From Caedibacter taeniospiralis (GTDB taxonomy: Bacteria; Pseudomonadota; Gammaproteobacteria; Francisellales; Francisellaceae), in NCBI RefSeq assembly GCF_002803295.2, contig NZ_PGGB02000002.1, forward strand, positions 1 to 32,000: DNA of 32,000 bases, given 5' to 3'. Below are positions 20,347-29,691 of this stretch, in pieces. Position 1 is the stretch's first letter. Each line of letters opens with the position of its first letter. The notes under the pieces were generated by a model that worked only from the letters and a program-made list of their open reading frames with translations, had not been told where the DNA came from and made no database searches. A program made the position numbers and the translations under genes.

Positions 20347-20673
20347 ATACTCAATAAGCTTTCAGTACGTGACATCAAAACCTCTTGGCTGATGTCGCGG
20401 TTAATAAGTCTTTAAGTACTTTACTTTCAATATTTGATTATTTTTAACTCATTATAATTACAGGTTCGCAGACGGAACGACGTCAAAGCCGTGATGAATC
20501 ACATTCCCAAATGCACCCTTTAACTTAGTGCCATTGCCCTTTAACTTCGTTTAAGGGGGTGCTTATCCCTTTTGGGCAAAGATCTGACTGGTCATTAATG
20601 CTTAGGTTTTTACTGCTTTTGCTCGTTATTCTCGTTAAAATGTGTAGCTAATGAAAAATAATGAAATACGCTG

Positions 20674-22746
20674 ATGTTAGATAAACTCGACTTATTATTT
20701 GAACTAGGCACGGAAGAGCTGCCACCAAAAGCCCTCAAACAAATGGCACAAAATCTGTTAGATCAGGTGTGCAAGCAGTTAGATGATTTAGACATTGACT
20801 ATCAAGACAAATCGTTTTATGCGTCACCGCGGCGTTTAGCGTTTATCATCAGAAACATTCAAACCATGCAAAAGGATCGCTTAATCGACAAAGAGGGTCC
20901 TTTTATCGATAAAGCTTATGATGATAAAGGTGTGCCAACAAAAGCTGCATTGGGATTTGCACAAGCCTGTGGCGTGGGGTTTGATAAGCTCTCAACCATT
21001 GAGCATCAAAAGGGCAAGCGACTTTTTTATCAGGTTCAGCAACAAGGTCTTAGAACCAAAGACATCATTGGCGAAATCATTGATGGCGCACTCAAAAGAT
21101 TACCCATTCCAAAGATGATGCGCTGGGGAAATGAGGATCATCAATTTGTACGCCCTGTGCACTGGGCGGTGCTATTGCTTGGTGATGGGCTGATTGTGCA
21201 TTCATTCTATGGTTGTAAAACATCTCATATCAGCTATGGTCACCGTTTCCATCACCCTGATGCGATTCATATTAATTCTTCGGCAGAATATGTTGCAAAA
21301 CTAAAAAATGCTCATGTTCTTGTTGATTGGGAAATGCGTAAGTCTACGGTGATTCAGTCTGCAAAGGCTTTGGCTAAATCTCAAGACGCTCATGTAATCC
21401 TAAATGATGAGTTAGTTGAGGAGGTTACGGCTATTGTCGAGTACCCGCATGCACTATTGTGTGACTTTGACCAAAGCTTTCTGCGAGTACCACAAGAGGC
21501 ACTTAGTTCGGCGATGGAAGGTCATCAGAAGTGTTTTGCACTGGTGGATAAAAACAATAAGCTGGTCAATCATTTTATTACCATGAGTAATATCGACAGT
21601 CATGCTCCGCAAACGGTGATTAAGGGAAATAACAAAGTGATGGCTGCACGCTTATCAGATGCGGCATTTTTCTATGATACAGATGTTAAAAAACCGTTAG
21701 ACACCTATATTGAAAAGCTTAAAGTGGTGACGTTTCAGAAGGAGCTAGGTTCGGTTTATGACCGCACACAGCGTATTGCGCTTCTGGCAAAGTCGATCGC
21801 AGGACATATTGGTGCGGATGAAGCGCTCGCCCATCGCGCAGGGCTTCTCAGTAAAGCAGATTTAATGACTGGTATGGTTTATGAGTTTACTGACTTGCAA
21901 GGCATTATGGGTAAATATTACGCACGTGCTCATGGCGAAAATGAAGCCGTATGTGAGGCAATTGAGCAGCAATATTGGCCAAAATATGCAGGTGATCGCC
22001 TGCCAAATGGAAAAGTTGCTCAAGCACTAGCTTTGGCAGAGAAATTAGATACGCTGGTTGGAATTTTTGGCATAGGGCAAAAACCGACAGGTGATAAAGA
22101 TCCATTTGCATTGAGACGTGCCGCGATTGGTGTGCTGCGAATTTTAAAAGAATGCCATGTAAAAATTGCATTATCAACCCTGGTTCAGTTATCGATAGAA
22201 AGCTTCGCACATGATCAGCTTCAAAATATTAACGGGTTGAAAGAAGCCTTAATGCAATTTTTTGTTGATCGCCTAAAAGTTATTTACAAAGAAGAGGGCG
22301 TTGCAGCTGAAATTTTTGAAGCAGTAAGAGCCGTTGCGCATACGGATGTTACTGACTTTGACGCGCGCATCAGTGCTGTAATTGAGTTTAAGACCCATCC
22401 CGCATGTGAGCGTTTAGCACAAAGCAATAAGCGTGTTGCGAATATCCTTAACAAAAATAATGTCAATCAGGTGTTAAGTATCAATAAAGCATTGTTGCAA
22501 GAGCCTGCTGAGTTTACCTTGTTTGAAGCTTTAACCAATACCAAAGCGCGATTAGAATCTATTCTTGCTAATACAGAATATAAAACTGCACTTATGGTGC
22601 TTTCGCAGTTGGATCAACCGATTGCAGATTTTTTTGAGCATATAATGGTCATAGCGGAAGATGAAAGCGTTAAAAATAATCGCTTGGCATTGTTGCAGCA
22701 GTTATCGGTTTTATTTAAACAAGTTGCTGATTTGGCTGTTTTATAG
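20674..22746 (+). CDS. glyS: Glycyl-tRNA synthetase beta subunit
   Basis: LLFELGTEELPPKALKQMAQ, KIPIPKxMRWG-type PIPKMMRWGN, DPFALRRAAIGVLRIL; 690 aa. Confidence 0.96.
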   Translation: MLDKLDLLFELGTEELPPKALKQMAQNLLDQVCKQLDDLDIDYQDKSFYASPRRLAFIIRNIQTMQKDRLIDKEGPFIDKAYDDKGVPTKAALGFAQACGVGFDKLSTIEHQKGKRLFYQVQQQGLRTKDIIGEIIDGALKRLPIPKMMRWGNEDHQFVRPVHWAVLLLGDGLIVHSFYGCKTSHISYGHRFHHPDAIHINSSAEYVAKLKNAHVLVDWEMRKSTVIQSAKALAKSQDAHVILNDELVEEVTAIVEYPHALLCDFDQSFLRVPQEALSSAMEGHQKCFALVDKNNKLVNHFITMSNIDSHAPQTVIKGNNKVMAARLSDAAFFYDTDVKKPLDTYIEKLKVVTFQKELGSVYDRTQRIALLAKSIAGHIGADEALAHRAGLLSKADLMTGMVYEFTDLQGIMGKYYARAHGENEAVCEAIEQQYWPKYAGDRLPNGKVAQALALAEKLDTLVGIFGIGQKPTGDKDPFALRRAAIGVLRILKECHVKIALSTLVQLSIESFAHDQLQNINGLKEALMQFFVDRLKVIYKEEGVAAEIFEAVRAVAHTDVTDFDARISAVIEFKTHPACERLAQSNKRVANILNKNNVNQVLSINKALLQEPAEFTLFEALTNTKARLESILANTEYKTALMVLSQLDQPIADFFEHIMVIAEDESVKNNRLALLQQLSVLFKQVADLAVL

Positions 22747-22764
22747 TGCATGGGCGTATTGCTA

Positions 22765-22813
22765 CACCCTACGGGTGAGAGTAGTAGGGTGGATAAGCCA
22801 AAGGCGCATCCAC
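22765..22813. repeat. Palindromic intergenic element containing GGGTGGATAAGCCAAAGGCGCATCCAC
   Basis: CACCC-tac-GGGTG (22765-22777); nested arms GTGGAT..ATCCAC (22789-22794/22808-22813) with internal GCC-aaa-GGC. Confidence 0.6.
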
Positions 22814-22915
22814 GCGGGAAAGCAAAAGCGCAAAACGGACGGAGTAGTCATTCCATTTGCATCATTTTATCTTTGAGGGAGAAGGATCAGGTTTCAGTCT
22901 GGATGGCTGGCGAGA

Positions 22916-23251
22916 TCATGACAAAATCACTTTTGAAATTTTTAAGACTTGCTCGATGCATGCTCTGGGGCATATTTCTATCTTCTCTGCATTTCGTGAC
23001 TGGAAATCTGTTGATCGTATTTGAAAGGTTATTATACTCCCCTGAGTTTTGCAGTTATCAGGGAGAATAACTTCAAATTTATTGCCACGCTGAGTACTTG
23101 TAATTGCGGCAACAAAGGCAAAACCAGTGTGTTCATTAAAAACCGATTTTGTTAGCACCAAAGCGGGTCTTCGTTTCATTATTTCGCGTCCAGAACTGGG
23201 ATCAAAGTCAAGCCAGATAATATCGCCTTGATTCGGAATGTACTTTTTCAA
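22916..23251 (-). CDS. mazF: MazF-family endoribonuclease toxin
   Basis: IPNQGDIIWLDFDPSSGREIMKRRPALVLTKSVFNEHTGFAFVAAITST; 4-nt overlap with mazE. Confidence 0.92.
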   Translation of the reverse strand: MKKYIPNQGDIIWLDFDPSSGREIMKRRPALVLTKSVFNEHTGFAFVAAITSTQRGNKFEVILPDNCKTQGSIITFQIRSTDFQSRNAEKIEICPRACIEQVLKISKVILS

Positions 23252-23502
23252 AGCTCTTTTCCTTTAGAGTTGTCGTGCATCCATTCTTTATCCTCATCTA
23301 AAAGCTTAAAGCTTGATTTTGGACTTGCAGCAAGCATTTGCTCCAGGCTTAACTCCTCCATTTTAGGTGTTAAAACTATTTTGTTATCTTCGACACTAAT
23401 GTCGAGTTTGTCTCCAGTGTGAAGATTGAGTATCTGAAGTATTTTCTTAGGAATGCTTACAATATTGGCACCACCTGATTGTCTGAGAGATAATGATGAC
23501 AT
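23248..23502 (-). CDS. mazE: MazE-family (AbrB/SpoVT-like) antitoxin
   Basis: RQSGGANIVSIPKKILQILNLHTGDKLDISVEDNKIVLTP; immediately upstream of mazF. Confidence 0.9.
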   Translation of the reverse strand: MSSLSLRQSGGANIVSIPKKILQILNLHTGDKLDISVEDNKIVLTPKMEELSLEQMLAASPKSSFKLLDEDKEWMHDNSKGKEL

Positions 23503-23623
23503 TTTAATGCTCCATTTTATTAAGTTATATAAAAGTATAACATGACCAAGCGAAAATATAGCATTTAATTTAGCGGATCATGAATCACAATGCCTTTATA
23601 AGACCATAATACCCTGCCAGCTT

Positions 23624-23730
23624 CACGTGCAGAGCTTGTGGCATTCAAAGCTAAAAAGCAAAGCTGTTTGCTTCTTTCGGGCGCTTTTCACCTCCTTCAC
23701 TTGTGAAGGGGTGGCAGCCGTAGGCTGACG
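23624..23730. repeat. Dispersed palindromic repeat (copy C; partly an inverted copy of A)
   Basis: 23624-23692 reverse complement closely matches 896-963 (GGTGAAAAGCGCCCGAAAGAAGCAAACAG...GCTTTGAAYGCCACAAGCTCTGCRCGTG). Stems CCTTCAC-tt-GTGAAGG (23694-23709) and CAGCC-gta-GGCTG (23715-23727). Confidence 0.75.
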
Positions 23731-23783
23731 GGGTGGTTTTGGCGCGAAAAATCACTAAGGTAGCGGCATTGGAATTATACCCC

Positions 23784-26700
23784 TCAGCCAACAAATTTTG
23801 AATGCGCTTCTGCCTGTTTTGTTTTTAAATAAAGCGTATCAATAAAATCATGTACAAAGGCAATACGCTCTTTGGCTTGTGGTAATGCCTTTTTGATCAT
23901 AAGTTTCTGATCCTGACCTAATTGAAAGTCCTGAGGCTTCATTTGCACAAGCTTAATCAAATGAATGGGATCAAAAGTAAGTGGCGTGACAAAAATGATT
24001 TTTCCACCTGCTGAGTGCATTTCAATTTTTTGAATACCCACAAGGGTGGCGCTAAGCTTTAAGTGGGTAATATCAAATAAATATTGCGCATATTCAGGCA
24101 ACAAGCCAAAACGATCGATGACTTCAATTTTGATAGTATCAAGCTCATTGTGCGTTTGCGCGCTTGAAATTCGCTTATAAAGTCCTAAGCGCACATGTAC
24201 GTCAAAGATATATTCCTCGGGGAAAAGGGTGGGGATACGTAGCTCAATCTGGGCATCAGTTTGGAATGACTGGTTTATTTTAGTTGCATCAAAGCTTTCA
24301 CCTCTTTGTAACGCTGAAATGGTTTTTTGCAGCAAGTCCATATAGAGGTTGAAACCAATGCCTTGCATATTGCCGCTTTGCTCTTTTCCAAGCATTTCTC
24401 CAGCCCCTCTGATTTCTAAATCATGATTGGCCAGCAGATAACCACCCCCTAAAGATGCGGTTTCTAAAATAGCCTCCAAACGCTTTTTAGCATCTTTAGC
24501 CAGAGAGGCTTCTGGTGGAGTTAATAAGTACGCATACGCTTGATGATGTGAGCGACCAACACGACCGCGTAATTGATGCAGTTGCGCAAGACCAAAACTA
24601 TCCGCGCGTTCAATAACGATGGTATTGACGTTAGCAATATCAATGCCTGTTTCAATGATCGTGGTGCAAAGCAGGATTTGGTAGCGATTCTGTTGAAACT
24701 CAAACATGATTTTCTCAAGTTCGCGTTCGCGCATTTGCCCATGTGCTACGGCGATATTAATCTCAGGAAAAATCTGGCGTAACTGTTCTGCTTTATCATA
24801 AATGGTACTGACACTGTTATGCAGATAATACACTTGTCCGCCACGAAGCATCTCCCGCATTACCGCTTCTTTGATAATGCTATTGTTGTATTGCTTGACA
24901 AAAGTTTTTACAGAAAGTCGCTTAGCTGGTGGGGTTGCAATGATTGATAAGTCACGAATATTGGAAAATGCCATATTCAAGGTGCGTGGGATTGGTGTTG
25001 CTGTCATGGTGAGAATATCGATGTTAGTCCGCATAGCCTTCATTTTTTCTTTGTGTGTAACACCAAAACGGTGTTCCTCATCGATAATCAGAAGTCCTAA
25101 GTTATGGAATTTGATTTTATCGGACAAGAGTTTATGCGTACCGATCACTATATCAATCGTTCCATTATTAATCCGCGTGATCGCTTCATTTTGTTCTTTG
25201 CTGGTCTTAAAGCGCGATAAGACCTCAACACTGGCCCCCATTTCATTAAAGCGGTCACTAAAATTATCAAAATGCTGTTGTGCCAAGAGTGTTGTTGGCG
25301 CAAGGACGGCAACTTGTTTGTTGTTGCTTACCGCAATAAACGCCGCACGCATAGCAACTTCTGTTTTCCCAAAGCCAACATCGCCGCAAACCAGGCGATC
25401 CATGGGCTTTTCAGCAATCATGTCTTTGATGACATCATTAATGGCAAGCGCTTGATCAGGGGTTTCTTCAAAGGGAAAACCTTCACAAAAACCGAGGTAT
25501 TCCTTCTCATTGAAAATATTGCCATAGCCTTTTTTAAGCGCACGTTGTGCGTAAATAGCAAGAAGATCAGCCGCAACATCATTGATTTTTCTGGCAGCTT
25601 TTTCCTTTTCCTTTTCCCAGGTATCGCTGCCAAGTTTGCTGACAGGTGCATGCTCAAGCTCAGTACCACTATAACGACTGACAAGGTGAAGCGCGTAAAT
25701 AGGCACATAAAGTTTCTCATCATTTTTAAACAAAAGTGTTAAGAACTCGGTTTCCTGGGTTCCAAGATCAAGCCTGGTCAAGCCATCAAAGCGTGCAATG
25801 CCATGTTCAATATGAACAACAGGGCTTCCCAGGCTAAGCTCAGATAAATCTTTGAGTGCAACAGTGGGAAGCGCTTCATGGACCTCCTTTTTATGCGTGC
25901 GCAGAGGTAATGCGCTGTGATTAGCAAAGAGATCAAACTCGGTAATAATCAGCTGATCCTCATTAACAATAATCCCCTGGGAGAAAGGCGCTATGGTGAT
26001 TGCGATGCGATGTTTTGATGTGACTGCCTCGCTGAAATGGCTAAAGCTTTGCGCTGTGAGTTTCAGCTTGTTGAGATTTTCATGGAGTAATGCTTTTCTG
26101 CCCGCGCTTTCGGAGCAGAAAATTATTTTTTTAAAGGAGCTCTTAGCAAGTAAATCCAGTAATTTTTGATAAGGTTCTTTATATTGGTAGTGAACATGAA
26201 GATCGGGCAAGTTTTTGACATTAAGCGTATTTGCCTTTGATTTTTCTTGTGCTAACCATTTGATATGACTGAAGTTTTTGGTTGCAGCATTAAATTCTAT
26301 CGGAGATAAAAAGACGCATTGTGGGGGTAAAATTGGACGCTCGGGATCATGTGCAAGCTGATCGTGGCGTGTCATGATGTCCCGATAATAAAGCTCTACA
26401 GTATGCTGGCAATCATAGATATTATGCACGATAGTACCACTATTTAAGTAATCAAATATCGTGCTGAGCTTCGGATAAAATAAAGGCAGATAAAATTCAA
26501 TGCCATTAATGGTTCTACCTTTGATAATTTGTTGGTATATCAGATTTTGCGTATCTGTTTGGGGTAGCAGCTCAAGCCAGTTTTGCGCAAAACAATCGAG
26601 TGTTTGCTTATCAAGGATGAACTCCTGTGTTGGCAATATTTCGACTTTGTCAATGCGGTTATGAGAGCGTTGCGTTTCCAGATCAATGCTGCGAATACTG

Positions 26701-27251
26701 TCGACTTCATCATCGAACAAATCAATGCGATAAGCCTCATCTGATCCCATGGGAAAAATATCTAAAATGCTGCCACGTACACTAAACTCACCACGCGAAA
26801 TCACCTGAGAAACATTTTGATAGCCCGCTAACTCCAATTGGCGTTTTTTCTCTGTAAGCTCAAGCTTATCTCCTTTTTGAATCATAAACGCATGAGAGAC
26901 TAAAAAGCTTGGTGGCGGAAGGTATTTTAATATGGTGTTAGCGCTAGCGATAACTACGGCATTAGGGTGATTTTGCAACTGATTAAGGGTATTTAAACGC
27001 GAAGAAATGATATCTTCACTTGCGGAGAAGTGGTCAAATGGCAGAATTTCAAGATCGGCAAAATGAAGTATCGTCTGGTTTCGGAGTAGAAAGCCAAGTT
27101 CATTATGCAGTTGAAGCGCTAATTGGGCATTTTCACAAATGAGCAGATGAGTTTGTGTATGCTGTGATATATATTCACTTAGGACTAAAGAAAGGGCGGT
27201 TGGAATAGCATTGGCATAAATATCGCGTACGCCTTGTGGCAAAATTTGCAT
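23784..27251 (-). CDS. mfd: Transcription-repair coupling factor
   Basis: GDVGFGKTEVAMRAAF, IIDEEHRFGVTHKEKMK, TATPIPRTL, LHQLRGRVGRSHHQAYAYLL; 1155 aa. Confidence 0.97.
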   Translation of the reverse strand: MQILPQGVRDIYANAIPTALSLVLSEYISQHTQTHLLICENAQLALQLHNELGFLLRNQTILHFADLEILPFDHFSASEDIISSRLNTLNQLQNHPNAVVIASANTILKYLPPPSFLVSHAFMIQKGDKLELTEKKRQLELAGYQNVSQVISRGEFSVRGSILDIFPMGSDEAYRIDLFDDEVDSIRSIDLETQRSHNRIDKVEILPTQEFILDKQTLDCFAQNWLELLPQTDTQNLIYQQIIKGRTINGIEFYLPLFYPKLSTIFDYLNSGTIVHNIYDCQHTVELYYRDIMTRHDQLAHDPERPILPPQCVFLSPIEFNAATKNFSHIKWLAQEKSKANTLNVKNLPDLHVHYQYKEPYQKLLDLLAKSSFKKIIFCSESAGRKALLHENLNKLKLTAQSFSHFSEAVTSKHRIAITIAPFSQGIIVNEDQLIITEFDLFANHSALPLRTHKKEVHEALPTVALKDLSELSLGSPVVHIEHGIARFDGLTRLDLGTQETEFLTLLFKNDEKLYVPIYALHLVSRYSGTELEHAPVSKLGSDTWEKEKEKAARKINDVAADLLAIYAQRALKKGYGNIFNEKEYLGFCEGFPFEETPDQALAINDVIKDMIAEKPMDRLVCGDVGFGKTEVAMRAAFIAVSNNKQVAVLAPTTLLAQQHFDNFSDRFNEMGASVEVLSRFKTSKEQNEAITRINNGTIDIVIGTHKLLSDKIKFHNLGLLIIDEEHRFGVTHKEKMKAMRTNIDILTMTATPIPRTLNMAFSNIRDLSIIATPPAKRLSVKTFVKQYNNSIIKEAVMREMLRGGQVYYLHNSVSTIYDKAEQLRQIFPEINIAVAHGQMRERELEKIMFEFQQNRYQILLCTTIIETGIDIANVNTIVIERADSFGLAQLHQLRGRVGRSHHQAYAYLLTPPEASLAKDAKKRLEAILETASLGGGYLLANHDLEIRGAGEMLGKEQSGNMQGIGFNLYMDLLQKTISALQRGESFDATKINQSFQTDAQIELRIPTLFPEEYIFDVHVRLGLYKRISSAQTHNELDTIKIEVIDRFGLLPEYAQYLFDITHLKLSATLVGIQKIEMHSAGGKIIFVTPLTFDPIHLIKLVQMKPQDFQLGQDQKLMIKKALPQAKERIAFVHDFIDTLYLKTKQAEAHSKFVG

Positions 27252-27314
27252 AAGGGTTAGTGAAAGCTTAATTATCGTGTGCCTAGTCTATACCACTGAA
27301 TTAACAGATTCTAG

Positions 27315-27374
27315 TCATTGTGCCGTGTATCCGCCATCGATGGCAATCTGACTGCCTAGAATAACTGGAGTTAC
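27315..27374 (-). pseudogene. Possible C-terminal remnant of a short-chain dehydrogenase/reductase gene
   Basis: Minus-strand translation VTPVILGSQIAIDGGYTAQ-stop, with an in-frame stop just upstream (27375-27377); resembles SDR C-termini (...TGSxIxIDGGYTAQ). Confidence 0.5.
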
Positions 27375-27544
27375 CTAAATGTGTATTGTTTGCCAAATTC
27401 ATCTTAAATCCAGTGACGTTAGGCAATGCAGCTTAGTCAAGTCCTTGCATGAAAATATTCAGGCAAAAAAATGCCGCCTTTGACAAAAAATGCCGTTAGA
27501 ATGACGGCTATATTTTGATGATTTTTGAGTAACAAGGGGCAAAA

Positions 27545-29680
27545 ATGTCTTTGACAGAAGCAACACAAGAAATAGCTTTGCAAGCGGCATCGTTAGATAT
27601 CTGGGATAGTAAGTATCGCTTAAAAACGCGCTTGGGCGAAGCGGTTGATGGAAAAATTGATGATGCCTATAAACGCGTGGCAAAGGCGCTTTCTGAAGTT
27701 GAAAAAACAAAAGAATTACAGCAAAAATCTTATCAAGAGTTTCTATGGGCATTAAGAAATGGAGCTATTCCTGCAGGAAGAATTATTTCCAATGCAGGTG
27801 CTTTGGAACATAAACCTGCCACCTCAACGATTAACTGCACTGTTTCTGGTACTATTTATGACTCTATGGATAACATCTTGCAAAGAGTTCATGAGTCAGG
27901 ACTTACCCTTAAAGCAGGGTGTGGTATTGGCTATGAGTTTTCGACCTTAAGACCAAAAGGCGCCTTTGTTGCAGGTGCGGGGGCGCATACCTCAGGTCCC
28001 ATGTCCTTTATGGATATTTATGACAAGATGTGCTTTACCGTGGCATCAGCTGGAGGCAGGCGCGGAGCACAAATGGGAACCTTTGACGTGGGGCATCCTG
28101 ATGTATTGGATTTTATTCGCGCAAAACGCGAGGATGGGCGCTTGCGCCAGTTCAATCTTTCGCTGTTGATTACCAAAGATTTTATGCACGCAGTTGAGAA
28201 TGATCAGATATGGTCACTGGCTTTCCCAATGTCAGCTGCTGAACAACAAGCACACAATATTGATTTAAACGACTCTACGCAGGTTCTATGGCGTGATTGG
28301 CCGATCAAAGAGGGCTATATTACCGATCCATCAGGACTTGTTGCGTGCAAAATTTACAACACGATCAAGGCGCGTAGATTGTGGGATATGATCATGTCCT
28401 CAACCTATGATTATGCTGAACCTGGGTTCATTTTGATCGACAAAGTTAATGATGACAATAACAACTGGTTTTGTGAAACTATTCGCGCCACAAATCCTTG
28501 TGGGGAGCAGCCATTACCACCTTATGGTTCTTGCCTGTTAGGCTCGGTTAATTTAACGCAATTTATTGAAAATCCATTTACAGATAGCGCAAGTTTTAAT
28601 TGGGAAAAATATCGTAAGGTTGTGCGCATTTTTACGCGCATGCTCGATAACGTCGTTGAGATTAATGGCTTACCATTGAGCGAGCAACGTCATGAGATTG
28701 AGTCAAAACGTCGCCATGGCATGGGGTTTTTGGGCTTGGGGTCTGCTATTACCATGCTTAAAATGAAATATGGTAGTGAGACTTCCGTGGCGTTTACCGA
28801 AAAAGTTGCTAAAGAGATGGCACTGGAAGGTTGGCGCGAAGGCGTGAGGCTCTCGAAAGAAAAAGGCAGCGCTCCAGTGCTTGAGAAAGACTATACGGTG
28901 GCTCATGAGTTTTTACGCTTGCGCCCTGAAATGGCTGCTGACGGTATTAAAGCGGGTGATGTTATTAAAGGGCGTCTCTTACACGCGAAATATAGTCGTT
29001 ACATGCAGCGCATTGCACAAGAGGATATTTCAATTATTGATGCCATTTGTGAGTATGGTTGTCGTTTTACGCATCATACCTCCATTGCGCCGACGGGTAC
29101 GATTTCGTTGTCTTTGGCTAATAACGTCAGTAACGGCATTGAGCCAAGTTTTGCCCATCATTATGCGCGTAATGTTATTCGTTCGGGTAAAAAAACCAAA
29201 GAAAAAGTAGATGTATTCTCATATGAGCTACTAGCCTATCGCCATTTAGTGAATAAAGAAGCGATGCCATTTGCCAAGGAGGAAGCACATAAGCTGCCTG
29301 ATTATTTTATCAGTGCCGATAATGTGTCTCCAAAAGAGCATGTGGATATTCAGGCTGCCGCACAAAGATGGGTGGATTCAAGTATTTCCAAAACGGCTAA
29401 TGTACCTACAGATTTCCCCTTTGCTGATTTTAAAGACATCTACCTTTATGCCTATCATCAGGGACTTAAAGGCTGCACGACGTTTAGGTTTAACCCTGAA
29501 GTTTTCCAAGGTGTGCTGGTTAAAGATGAGGATCTTGAGAAAACACTTTATCGTTTCACCCTTGAGGATGGCTCAATAGTTGAGTTAAAAGGTAATGAAA
29601 TGATTGAATACGATGGTGAAGAGCACAGCGCTGCAAATCTCTATGATGCCTTGAAAGAGGGGTATTATGGGAAATTTTAA
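27545..29680 (+). CDS. nrdJ: Adenosylcobalamin-dependent (class II) ribonucleotide reductase, catalytic subunit NrdJa
   Basis: NPCGEQPLPPYGSCLLGSVNL, GIGYEFSTLRPKG, APTGTISLSLANNVSNGIEPSF; 711 aa. Confidence 0.93.
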   Translation: MSLTEATQEIALQAASLDIWDSKYRLKTRLGEAVDGKIDDAYKRVAKALSEVEKTKELQQKSYQEFLWALRNGAIPAGRIISNAGALEHKPATSTINCTVSGTIYDSMDNILQRVHESGLTLKAGCGIGYEFSTLRPKGAFVAGAGAHTSGPMSFMDIYDKMCFTVASAGGRRGAQMGTFDVGHPDVLDFIRAKREDGRLRQFNLSLLITKDFMHAVENDQIWSLAFPMSAAEQQAHNIDLNDSTQVLWRDWPIKEGYITDPSGLVACKIYNTIKARRLWDMIMSSTYDYAEPGFILIDKVNDDNNNWFCETIRATNPCGEQPLPPYGSCLLGSVNLTQFIENPFTDSASFNWEKYRKVVRIFTRMLDNVVEINGLPLSEQRHEIESKRRHGMGFLGLGSAITMLKMKYGSETSVAFTEKVAKEMALEGWREGVRLSKEKGSAPVLEKDYTVAHEFLRLRPEMAADGIKAGDVIKGRLLHAKYSRYMQRIAQEDISIIDAICEYGCRFTHHTSIAPTGTISLSLANNVSNGIEPSFAHHYARNVIRSGKKTKEKVDVFSYELLAYRHLVNKEAMPFAKEEAHKLPDYFISADNVSPKEHVDIQAAAQRWVDSSISKTANVPTDFPFADFKDIYLYAYHQGLKGCTTFRFNPEVFQGVLVKDEDLEKTLYRFTLEDGSIVELKGNEMIEYDGEEHSAANLYDALKEGYYGKF

Positions 29681-29691
29681 GGAATACAAAA

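Noticed and set aside
22661-23070. Plus-strand ORFs 22661..22876 and 22750..23070
   Set aside because: They span the glyS end, the palindromic element and antisense mazF; no plausible protein family.
24521-25742. Several antisense ORFs inside mfd (24521, 24573, 24871, 25272, 25418)
   Set aside because: All overlap a highly conserved intact coding gene and have composition expected of shadow ORFs.
27252-27544. Possible cobalamin riboswitch upstream of the B12-dependent nrdJ
   Set aside because: I saw no B12-box-like motif or the expected conserved architecture in the 293-nt gap; cannot be excluded without a covariance search (Rfam cobalamin model).
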